A stretch of DNA of 62,115 nucleotides, filler included. It is 13 parts of 13 records of this genome, joined end to end, with 100 filler letters (N's around TTAATTAATTAA, not from the genome) between each part and the next. Parts side by side here need not be neighbours in the genome. Positions count along the whole stretch, not along the records: positions 7,334 to 17,120 come from SRR7504441_63440; positions 17,221 to 21,650 come from SRR7504441_63447; positions 21,751 to 25,239 come from SRR7504441_63455; 10 more parts are not named here. One strand, 5' to 3'. Below the pieces are notes generated by a model. It was not told where the DNA came from. It made no database searches and saw only the letters and a list, made by a program, of their open reading frames with translations. How positions within the stretch are numbered: position 1 is the stretch's first letter; every line of letters begins with the position of its first letter. The position numbers and the translations under genes are program-made. This document shows positions 11,236 through 21,897 of this stretch, piece after piece.

Positions 11236-11549
11236 CCCTGCCCAGCGCTGCCGTGTTCGTGGCAAGCTAGGAAACCCGCAACGGAAGAAGCTGGTCTCTG
11301 AGGCGATGAGAGTGGGAAGCTTTAATATGAGATCATTCATGATCACTAACGATTGCTCAAAAGCAAGATCGAGCTCGGGGATCCTCGCGCGAGGATAACT
11401 TTAATTTAATTAATTGCGGGATGTTTATCACTCTGCACTAGACAGCCACTAATAGTCTGTGGTGATCGCGTGATCGGATTATCCCTTGTGTGTATTCAAG
11501 CTCCGTGGATAGAGCCACTCTAGGAGCTCCGGGCCCTTGAAGTGCACGA

Positions 11550-12908
11550 TCAGAGCTCAAACGGATCCGTTGGATCCGCTGTGACTTGCTCCAACGAGCT
11601 GATGAAAGACATGATATCCGATTCCGATTCCTTGAAAATCTGTGAGCGCTCCTCCATCGAGATCAGAAGATCCTCCCCGCCATCGTCCTCCTGCTGCTCC
11701 GGCGCAGGCTGGCTCGGCTGGCCAAAGATCGGAGGCGGGCTCCCCTGGTTTTCTGCCCGGAGGAAGTTCGCAACAATCTGGTTATACTCCTGCCGAGGGA
11801 GCGCCTCCATCCAGATCCCGGTGGCCTCCCTCAGCTCAGCCGGCTGCAGGCACACAGAGACTGCGTCGCTGAACCGCTCCTGCAGAGCCGAGCCAGAGTT
11901 GAGTTCGAGCAGCTCCGGTACAGCCCACACCAGCACCGCCACCGACCCAGCAACCTGTCCCAGCTCAAGCCGCAACGGCAACCATGCAGCCTCACCAGCG
12001 CGTGCCGGCCGTGATCGAGCACCATGGCCCAGAGCTGCTTGAGCACACGCAGCCCGGCGGCGGTGGCGAATGCGTTGGTGAGGTGTTCTCTGGCCAGCTG
12101 CCCAGGGGTGAGCTGGTGGGCGGCGAGGTGCTCAGAGAGCTCGGGCGAGACGTCCGCCAGCATCTGGTCGATCGCTGCAATGTCGGCCGACAGCCCGGGC
12201 CTGCACCGGCACAGTCAATTGTTGGAGTTATGGCTGGTGGCACCCGTGCCAGTAGGCCTCAAAGACAGTTGAGTTCATGTAGATCAAGGTCCAAAACGCC
12301 TTAGATTCATCGTGCTGGAAGAGCAGCAGCAGCACGGCCGCCACCTCCACCGCCGACTGGCCCATTACGAACGCCTCGCCTTGCCGGGAGCAATGGACTG
12401 CCGCGCATTGGAGCACCCGAGATGTGGCCTGCGCCCACTCGGCCTGCAGCGTGTGGTCCCCGACGTAGGCTCCTGCAGCCACCAACTGTCTGGCCAATTC
12501 CAATTGTCCGGCCAGCTCGCCCCCGAAGCAGCCCGCCCCCACCTCCTCGCTCAAGTCCTCGTAGTCGAATCCAGCCGTCTCCCTTGCCCACACCGCCTGC
12601 TCAGGCATGGCCAACGCCTTGGCCGCCGTGTTTGCCACCGCCACCCTGCGCAGCCCTTGTCGAGCTGGCGAGCACGGCGACTTGGCCGGCCGGGGCCGGC
12701 CCGGCCGGGTGGCGGGCGAGCTGGCTGGTTTGCAGAGCGATTGCATCCGCTTGCAGAGCTCGGCATTGGCCCGCTCGATGGCGCGGCAGTCGTTCAGGGC
12801 CTTGGGTGAGAGCACCGAGCGGACCGCGGCCGGGCTGCGGCATGGCGACGGCGAAAGCCCCAGGTCCTGCTGCTGCTGCCGGCGCAGGTCGGGGATGCAC
12901 CACACCAT
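11550..12908 (-). CDS. TBC/RabGAP-like domain protein (probably degenerate), 2 introns
   Basis: FVMGQSAVEVAAVLLLL…ESKAFWTL…PELSEHL…LTNAFA…LKQLW matches the C-terminal TBC subdomain. Short GT-AG introns near 12192-12234 and 11956-11996 join the three ORFs. Confidence 0.65.
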
Positions 12909-13286
12909 TGTCGATTCAGAAGTGGCGGTTTTTTTTTGAGGAAAATTTTAACGCACCACGGTTTTGTACGTTTGTCAGCTGCAGTACTGTATTGCGATTG
13001 GAACAGCGGCCAGACATGCAAGCGCTCTGTTATAATGGATGCTTAATGGATGCTGCGTGTGGGGACCTCACGATCACACTTTCATGCTGGCCGATCGATC
13101 TACTGTATCTATTTTTATTATTATGAAATGAACTTGTGAAAATCCGGTACTCCGTAGTACTCCCGAGGCCCGTCATCAGTACGTGCGTCATCGGCCGGGT
13201 ACCATTGCTTCATGCATTGCTTATTGTACTTAGTATCACACACGTGGTGTTATTTGTGCTGGGTCACACTGTCACAGGCTCCGCCG

Positions 13287-16200
13287 TCACACCCTCAAGC
13301 CCACAGAGGGGCTCATAAGCGGTAGTAAAGCGGTAGCCACTTTTTGAACAAGAATCGTGTGCAGTCTTACATACCATAGCTCGACCGGTACCGGTGGTGG
13401 TGGTGCAAGCCACCGACAACCTGGCTTCCGAGCCCATCCGCCAGCTGTTGATGGAGCCGCGCAATTGCAGGTTCCTCTGTGGGTGTTGTGTCAGGGCAAC
13501 TGTGCAGTCTGTCCAGGATTTTAGCCGCCTGCCCTTGCGTGTTGGCATCCCACGGTGGTTGGCACATGTCGAGCAGGCTCGAGTAGATGTGAGGATAAGC
13601 CTTAAGAACAAGCAGCCCGCCGTCATCGTACCGACACAGCTCATGCAACACCGCCATCCCTCCCATCTGAATCTGTGCACTAGCAGGATACGCTCGCTTC
13701 GCTCGGACAACAGCTGCCAGCCCACCAAGTTGTGCGACAGCGCAGGCCCAGTGCGGATGCTTGGACGCAATACTGGCCAGCGAGACACAGCCGCTATCTT
13801 GCAGCTGGCCTCGAAGAATGTCTCCCATACCTGCAATCACCGAGCTGATCTGGGCATATGGCACTGGATATTGTTCGAGTGTCTGAAACGCGGCTGCACC
13901 ACTTCGTGCACTAGGCCCAGCCTCGCTGAGGGCTCGGACCACCACAACGTACTTGCTCTGCTGGTCCAGCCCTGAAAATGACGTCTGCAGCTCTGCCGGG
14001 CCAGTATGGTTCTCTGCTACTACGCTCATATCCTCAGCCAGACAGTGTGCCGTGTAGCCCGTCACTTGAGCTCCTCGCGCCTCAGCTTCATCCCACCCCA
14101 CACACAGCGAATTGTACGCCGCACTCACCAAGCCGAGCCCTGTCACTGGCAGCGGAGGCAGAGATCCCTCAGTGATGTACTCTGCGCAAGTCGAGTCCTG
14201 GTAGTCAGCGGAGGCCTCGCCAAGACCAGCAGCGCTCTCAGCTTGGACTGTGAACACCACGCGAGTATTCGGCTGGAGCCGGGTCAGCGTGAAGCGTGGC
14301 TTGCTGCTATGATGCACGGCACGCCAGCCCTGCTCGACTCCAGCGCAACGGATTGTGTATCCGGTAATCGGCGAGCCTCGAGTCGCAGGAGGCTGCCACC
14401 CTATCGATATCGACGACTGCTCAGCAGCGAGGAGCTCTGGTGGCGACGGAGCTACCGGCGGCAGAGCATGGGGAGTGAAGAAGCTCACGCCATCTGGCGA
14501 TGTACCGCTGCAGTTGTGTGCGGTAAGCACTGCGGTGTGCTCTGTGTCCGGCACAAGCCCGGCGGCGATGTTGATGGACATGCATTTAGACCGAGTCAGC
14601 TCCTGGTGCCAGCCGCCGCCGCGTGCTTTCCAGCGCAGCGACCATCCGGTGATAGGAGCCCCGGGTGACACTTCAGGCCCTGCACTCCATTCCAGCGCTG
14701 CTTGATTCCAGCTGCTGGAGACTAGCCTCGGGCCCTCGATCGGACCAGGTGCCGGCGCCGGCTGTGTAGTGAAGCTCGCAACAGGCCCTTCCTCGCCCTG
14801 GCCGGCCTCGGAGAGCGCTACCACTGAGAAGCTGATCTTGGTTGACGCTGGTAGCTGGCTGGCCGTGAACTCAGGCTGGGACACTTGAGCAGAGCTCTCA
14901 TTCTCCGACTCTCCTACACGGTAAGAAATGCGGTAGCCGGATATCGGGGAGCCTTGTGTTGCCGGCGGCTGCCAGCCGATGCTCATCGAGTTCCACGCCG
15001 CCTTTACTAGCTGGATCTCACTCACATACGAAGGGGCGCCCGCAGGAGGCATGAATACGGCGCACGAGTCCGGTCCTTGCCCGGCCTTATTATGAGCAAA
15101 CACCATCACCTCGTAATCGGCAGCTGGCTCGAGCCGGTTGATCTTGTACTTGGTGGTTAGCGTGTTTCGGAGCTCTCGCGTCCAATAGTGCTCGCCCTTG
15201 CGGCGCCACTGGAGTGAGTAGCCAGTGATCGGACATGCAATGCTCTCTGGAGGAGTCCAGCCAACTGTGAGAGAGGTGCATGAAGCAGCGAGCAGGAACG
15301 GAGGCTCCATCGGCCCAGGCAGCGGCGGCTGGCCAGTCACGAAGCATGCCACCTGCGAGTCGGGTGCCGTCCCCGCCTGAGTAATAGCTGCCACGGTGAT
15401 CTCATACTGACAATCGCTGCTCAATCCGTTAAATCTGTGGCTAGTGATCGCCGAATCAACTCTTGCTGCCAACTGCTCAGAACCACCAAGAAGACAGTGA
15501 AGTCGGAGCTCGTATCCCAACAGCCGCCCTCCGCACAGCTGGCTGCACGTCGGACTGTCCCAGGCCACTTCAAGCCAATCGAAGCCGGATCCCACAAGTT
15601 TGACCGGTCGGATCTCGAGTGGAGGCTCAGGCTCAGCAGTACTCAGCTCGCATTCCACCGTACAGGAGTCGCCAGCCGCGCTGTGCGCTCGCAGTGCGAA
15701 CCGGTAGCCTGTGCTTGCGGCCAGTCCACCGACAGAGGCTGTGTCCTGCAGTTGGTGGTCCACGAGAACCTTTGGAGCTGCCAGCTGCGTGCCACCCTCT
15801 GCCAGCATCGCCAAGCTCCAACCAGTAAGTGGCGCCCCGTTCAGCTCGCCCGGCGGCGGCCAGGCCAGCGAAAGCTCCTTGAAGCTCGCGCTCACAAGTC
15901 GAGCCGGCTGCAGCCCCGAGGGTGGCCCCCAGGCTGTTGTTGTAGCCTGTATCGCAATCGGTGGGCCCTCCAGCCGAAGCCCGGCCGTCCGATCAGACAG
16001 GCACCATGCCGTCACGGACACAGTGTACACCTGACCCTGTTCCAGCCCGCACAGCCGGGCGCGCAGCCCATCCGCACTCACTGCCGCCACGAGTGCCTGC
16101 CCTTGCCGGCAGCTAGCCACGTAGCCCGACACAAGAGACCCTCGCGCCGCGGCCGGCTGCCAGCTCACCTCCAATTCAGTATAGTCCACACCAGTCACTG

Positions 16201-16912
16201 TCAACCCAGTCGGCTCGGTCGGCGGCTCGGCAGGGCCGGTAGTTAGCTCGACTGGCTCACTGAGCGCCGAAGCACCAGCCGTGCTATCTGCCGCCATCTG
16301 CAGCCTGAACACCTCTCCGCACGAGCCTGTCAGTGTCGCTGTCCCGTCGCCGCGTGGACCGAACGTGGCCACCCTGCATCCGGCCCGGTAGAGCCCGTAT
16401 CCGGTCACCGGGGCTCCCCGCGTGACCGGCGGCCGCTCGGGCGGCCGAACCGTGACAGAGTCCCAGGTAGCCGATACCACCTCGGGCGGCTGGGGCGGCC
16501 AGGGCGGCTCGGCGGTCATGGCGACCGAGAGCACCGCACTCCACTCGCTCCAGGGCAAGTCACCCGCCCTGGCGCGCACCCGGTATGCATAGGCCCGCCC
16601 GGTGCCCTCAGGGTCACAAAATTCGACTTCGCAGCTGTCCGGCTCAGCCAGCGGCACGGGCCGAGTGGCCTCCGGCTGGCCGAAGTCGTTGGCGGTGTTG
16701 AGCTCCAGCTCGAACTGCCATTGGTGCTCGGCCCAGGTGCCCACCCGCCGGACCACCAACCACCGGAGCTGAACTCGCTCGAACCCGACAGCGAGCCCGG
16801 CCAGCTGGTGCGGGCAGGGGCTGCGCGAGAGCTCCGTGGGCGGCGGCTGGTACCCACTGTCCGCCCACTGGTTGGAGATCAGGTAGCCACCGTCGAAGCT
16901 CAGCCCGGACAT
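13287..16912 (-). CDS. Intracellular protein with ~9 tandem fibronectin type III repeats and a C-terminal helical (ARM-like) region
   Basis: Repeated W-x-P-P…GxPITGY…L-x-P-x-T-x-Y…A-x-S-x-A-G pattern across a 1181-aa ORF; no signal peptide. A likely terminal intron (GTATGT donor) moves the stop to 13287. Confidence 0.85.
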
Positions 16913-17220
16913 TGCGGTTATCGCCCGGCAACGGACGAGTGATGTGTGCGGACCTGCTGCAGCTGCAACTATGCACGTGTAGCCGCTCAGGCCACGTCTA
17001 AACTATGAATGTAATTGTGCTTGTTCTCTTAGAAAAATCATTATTCCTCATGGTCATCAACGTCGTCGCCCTCGTCCTCCGGCGATAGCGCTCTATCCAA
17101 GTCTGCGGCAAAGAAGAACTNNNNNNNNNNNNNNNNNNNNNNNNNNNNNNNNNNNNNNNNNNNNTTAATTAATTAANNNNNNNNNNNNNNNNNNNNNNNN
17201 NNNNNNNNNNNNNNNNNNNN

Positions 17221-19402
17221 CGTCTGGGTGAATGTTTTTGGACAGCGGTTCACGTGGATCAGCATCATCTCCAGTGAGATATGACGATTGAATAGTACCC
17301 TGACCTCGTGCTTGCATGTCGAAAATATCTTGGCACCACTTTGTAGCTACAGCAACATTTGGAGTTGCTAAGGTATAGAATCCCTCATAATTATCGTTCA
17401 TTGCCCCAACTTCCAACTCTGATCTCAGATGAGTGCCAAGGCGTTGACTATCTTCCTTGGTGCTAATCCCGCTCCGCATTAGCATTGCAGTTGTTGCAGG
17501 CGCTCCAAGAGCCAGTATTACCTCCTTTTTTGCCGTCTCAACATGCTCATTCACTGCTGGCCTCAAAGTTTTCTGGGACTCTGGCTCAAGGAACTGGTAG
17601 TTTGCTCCTCGCCCTGGGTGATTCTTTTTGCCATCTGTCAAGAGTTCTTGTGTGGCTATGGCAGCCCGCTGCGCCATCTCAGTCTTCTGTTCAGAAGTTA
17701 CATTTGGGTTGGCGTTCAGCATCTCAAAGTAATACAATCTGTTATCACAGTCTGCTGAATTATTCTCACCAACACCATAGAGGCTCTTTGCAACATCACA
17801 TGATGCATCCTTTTCCCTGTAAAATCTGTTCTGGTCGGGTTGGTACTGCTCATGCTCGTTGACCCATCGAAGCCCGGTCGCTCGCTTAGGATCATTAGGG
17901 TCAAACTCAATTTCCGTGACAAAGGCTCCTGTCCGTATATGCACGGGAGATTCGGGGTGTACATCGCAATCATATTTCGCAGGGAGAACTCTCTTTGATA
18001 GGACGAGCGGATTTGACGATGCATAGAAGCACACCTTGATCCCTCTGGCCAGAAGGTTGACCAGTGCATCAGCTGAGGTGGATCTTATCTTTGAGAACGG
18101 GTTGATTGACTCAGTGGCAGACCGAGCTTTCTCTCGTTTAGCTTCCTCGAAGTCTGCGCTCGAAATAGTTTTGTCGTGAGGCTGTTTAGATCTCTTGTAG
18201 AATTCGTCAGCCACTTGCGAGTACGTGATGTCCGGATAGACACCGGGGGTATCCCCGAGCATTTTTCGATGCTCAATAGGGGCCATATCATCGTAGTCCT
18301 GCGTGTTCCAGCCATAGACTGGACCCCTGCACTCATTGGGAAGCGGACTGCTCCAATCTGAGCACTGACTGGTAAGCGTGACCGAGCCTTTGACAATGTT
18401 TGCAGTGTGGGCTGAGCTGAATTCTGAATTCCCCGACAAATCAGCCAGTTGGTCCAATACTTTATCGGTCAGCCCGTAGTGAACTCCAGCGTTGACAACC
18501 GAACTACCGCCTAAGGTCTTGCCCCTCGGGTAGTTTTGAAGGTAGCCCGACGTGGAGGTGCTGTAGAAAGCATCGTGATAGAAAATGTCTTCACTCGTCC
18601 CATAGCCAGCAATCAGTTGATTCCGCCTAATCTCAAGCCAGACCGGATCAAGCAGGACAAGCGGATTTCCCTCAAAGGTCGTGCTGTCCGCGGCATCCAT
18701 ATTCGGCTGTACGACACCAGTGTTGCTCGCGTTTGACTCGATCAGTTGAATTGTGACGTTCGGCAGATCTTCAGCAAGGATCTGCTGCGAGTTGTTCGGA
18801 TCATCCACGACCGTCTTCAGGTGGCCGCGCAGAGTACTCACAAAGGACATGTAGTCGGGCGACGTCAAGAGGTATGTATATGTCTCGAAGAAGAAATTGG
18901 CAGGGCGCGGGCCGGGGGCTGTCGTGCCAGCCATCTCGTAGGCCCGAAGCCAGTTGTCGACAGCGGCCACCCAGTTGACCGGCAGCTGTTTGGTGTGATG
19001 CTCCACTCGGACAGTACCATCCGCCCAGCTCCGGGTCAGGGTGAACGGCAGCCGCAGCAAACTGGGCTCCAGCCACCTGCCGGCCTCCACTATGAGCATC
19101 CTGAAGTCCGGATGATCTTCGGCGACCGAGGCCAGCTTTCCGGCCAGCCCGAGCCCGCCAGTCCCGCTGCCGGCCATCACAAAGTCATAGTCACCTGATG
19201 TCTCGTTGTAGTCGGCCCGCGGCACATGCGCCCTCTTCAGCGGCTCGTACTGCTGATCGAGGGCCTTCTTCCCCTTGCTACCGCAGCACTGAGCCGACTT
19301 ATACGCGCTCTTCAGACCCCCACATGTGCTCAGCGCATCATCCGCTGCGGCCGAGAGCCCTAGCAGGAGCGCCAGCTTTGCCGCCTTCAGGAGCAAACCC
19401 AT
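17221..19402 (-). CDS. Secreted GMC-family FAD oxidoreductase with large insertions; 3' truncated
   Basis: Signal peptide; YDFVMAGSGTGG (FAD Rossmann fold); LIVEAG; YPRGKTLGGSSVVNAG; AKKEVILALGAPATTAMLMRSGI. Confidence 0.88.
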
Positions 19403-19539
19403 GGTCAGATGTTGCTCACCGTTTTATAACAATCAAGGAAAGTCTGTCAAAAGCAGGGTTACGCATAGACTCTAATCAGGATCAGGGGCAACTTCCGGCG
19501 GCAACTCAGGAGAGCACCCTGACACTACCGGTAGTCTGA

Positions 19540-20721
19540 ATGGGCGCCGGGCTTCGAGCAGGGAGGCACCAGGCGGCCTGCCTCACGGAGAGCGCGTACG
19601 CCCCGCACCGGCGGCATCCCGAGCTGTTCGCCCCGGAGGGCTTCGCGGGCCTGGCTGACCGTTGGCTCCGGCCTGAGGTCCAGCGGCTGGTGGGGCTGGC
19701 CGAGGAGGCGGAGGACGCCGGCGCGCTCAAGGCGCTGGCCGGGGGGCTGCTCAAGGAGGAGTGCTGGGAGGTTTACTCATTCGACTGCCTGACGGCCGAG
19801 TTCCTCCAAACCCTGAACGAGGAGCTCGAGCACTTTTACCGCACGGCCGAGGAGCACTCGATACCGAAACGCAGGCCCAACTCGATGAACAACTACGGCG
19901 TGATTGTCAAGTGCGCCCCCGCGCGGGCCGTGTCCAGCCTGGGGGGCAGCGAGATCGGGCTCGGGCCGCTGGTGACGGCGCTGCAGCAGAGGGTGATTTG
20001 GCCATTGGCGCGGTGTCTGTTCCCGGTGGAGGGCGCGGTCCTGGACGATCACCACAGCTTCATGGTGCGGTACCAGGCGGGGGAGGACCTCGGGCTGGAC
20101 ATGCACACCGACGACGCCGACGTCACGTTCAACGTGTGCGTGGGGCACGAGTTTAGCGGGGCCACGCTCGCTTTTTGCGGGCAGGTGGGCACTCCGGCGC
20201 ACCGGCAGCACTCGCACACCTACAGCCACCAGCTCGGGCGGGCGGTTGTGCACCTGGGCCGGCGGCGGCACGGGGCGGACGACATTGCGAGCGGGCAGCG
20301 CGTGAATCTGATCGTATGGAGCCACAACAATGCGTGGCGGAACTCGGACCAGTTCAAGGGCCTGCACGAGAGGTATGAGCGAGAGGCCGGGCCACCGGAC
20401 AAGCTGTGTGTGAGCTACACGCACGACAGGGATTTCGAGCAGTACCGGGTGCCCACAGAGGAGGAGCAGCGCAGACGGAATCGAGCTCGACCGTGGTGCC
20501 CGCCGCCCGGGAAGGAACACGTAGAGAGGGTGGCCAGCTCGTCGCTCACGCCCGAGCAGGTGCGGGAGGCGGTGAGCGGCAAGGACATGAGCATCTCGGA
20601 GCTGGTCCGGCACTTGTCGCTGCCCAACGAGCAGCAGGCCGCGCTCGCACAGATCCTTCAGCAACACTTTACGCTAGTGCCCATGGGCGGCGGGAAGGTG
20701 GTTCGGCCCAAGGAGGGCTAG
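19540..20721 (+). CDS. 2OG-Fe(II) oxygenase (OGFOD2/ICU11-like) with a C-terminal winged-helix-like domain; one in-frame 39-nt intron (19911-19949)
   Basis: RRPNSMNNYGVIV|NEIGL after splicing; HHSFMVRY…LDMHTDDADVTFNVC…HLGRRRHGA…RVNLIVW gives the HxD…H…R set. Confidence 0.88.
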   Translation: MGAGLRAGRHQAACLTESAYAPHRRHPELFAPEGFAGLADRWLRPEVQRLVGLAEEAEDAGALKALAGGLLKEECWEVYSFDCLTAEFLQTLNEELEHFYRTAEEHSIPKRRPNSMNNYGVIVKCAPARAVSSLGGSEIGLGPLVTALQQRVIWPLARCLFPVEGAVLDDHHSFMVRYQAGEDLGLDMHTDDADVTFNVCVGHEFSGATLAFCGQVGTPAHRQHSHTYSHQLGRAVVHLGRRRHGADDIASGQRVNLIVWSHNNAWRNSDQFKGLHERYEREAGPPDKLCVSYTHDRDFEQYRVPTEEEQRRRNRARPWCPPPGKEHVERVASSSLTPEQVREAVSGKDMSISELVRHLSLPNEQQAALAQILQQHFTLVPMGGGKVVRPKEG

Positions 20722-20838
20722 CCCGTTGGTCAAAACTAGGTCAGAATGTGTGCATTTATAATCATTATTAAAATTATGATATAGTTAAATCTAGTATCCA
20801 ACACCGTTGTGTACAGTACAACAAAGGGCGCGGGGACG

Positions 20839-21650
20839 TCAAACGAGGGAGGCGGCTGCCCAAAGCATAAAGAATGATATCAACATCGATATGTTGACTA
20901 GAGCGGCCGCAATTTGTCTAGAGTACCCATATGTTATTGCATACCTGCGGGCAGATCACGACAATGGCCGAAGAAGCGCCCGCACCTGAGCACCATGTTG
21001 CTGACCGGACAGCAGGCGTGCATCAACAGAAGCGACTTGATCTCACGCTCAGCTGGCAACCAGAAAATCACCAGCGCCGCATAGCAGGCCACGATCGCCA
21101 GTCTAAGCCCGAGGACTTGCGCCACCTTTGTTCGGGTCAGTCACGCAGCAGCCGGGAGCTTTACCAGCCAAAGATGGGACCGGTCCACAGTCAGCTCCAG
21201 CGACACGCCCGACAGGATAAGAATCAGCGGGGTGACCGCAACGCCCATCGACCGGGCGAGCGCTATTAGATAGTCCGGCACCGGCAGCGTGGACAGATTC
21301 ACAGTAATAGCCACGAGGATAGCAACGAACGGAGCGTTGGAACAGAGCTGGACTGTCAGCCGGGCCAGTCCAAGCGCACAGCCCGGTTCAGCTTGCCCTG
21401 CCGGGGCCGGTTCGGCCGGCTGCGGCGGGACGCCCGGCCCGATTGGATTGGGACAGCGCTGTACGTCGTCAGGGCCTGGGTCCGGCTGCTGAGCTAGCGG
21501 CGAGTAGCCGTGCGCAATCCCGGCGGCCAGCCCGAATACGGCGAGCACGTTGGGGATGTCGAGCAGGAACGCCACCAGCAGGCCCTCGCTGCCCCAGACC
21601 GACTCGATCAGTGGGATGCCGAACGGGAGACTGGTGCCGATTGATCCGAT
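20839..21650 (-). CDS. AEC (auxin efflux carrier / Mem_trans) family transporter, 5' truncated, 2 introns
   Basis: SLPFGIPLIESVWGSEGL, SNAPFVAILVAI, AVTPLILILSGVSL, LRL…, CPVSN. Confidence 0.7.
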
Positions 21651-21897
21651 NNNNNNNNNNNNNNNNNNNNNNNNNNNNNNNNNNNNNNNNNNNNTTAATT
21701 AATTAANNNNNNNNNNNNNNNNNNNNNNNNNNNNNNNNNNNNNNNNNNNNCGGTCCATTGCTCACCACCATTTGGTGTGAAATCCGTTTCGATTCGCATC
21801 GATCTCACAAACAAAAACATGCATGATTTGTGCGAGTCGGTGTAGGGACACGCCCTTACTGCCTGAGTCGAGCCGTCCGTGAGCGCAGTGATCCGAG

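Noticed and set aside
19777-20667. Long antisense or alternate-frame ORFs (e.g. 19777-20667, 4314-5147, 47376-48149, 43894-44589) as overlapping genes
   Set aside because: These are expected shadows of GC3-rich coding sequence and have no recognisable motifs.
20898-20944. Possible non-canonical GT-GG 38-nt intron in the AEC gene (would give DLPAALVNIS)
   Set aside because: A canonical in-frame TAG acceptor 9 nt further on (47-nt intron) also works; this cannot be decided without RNA data.
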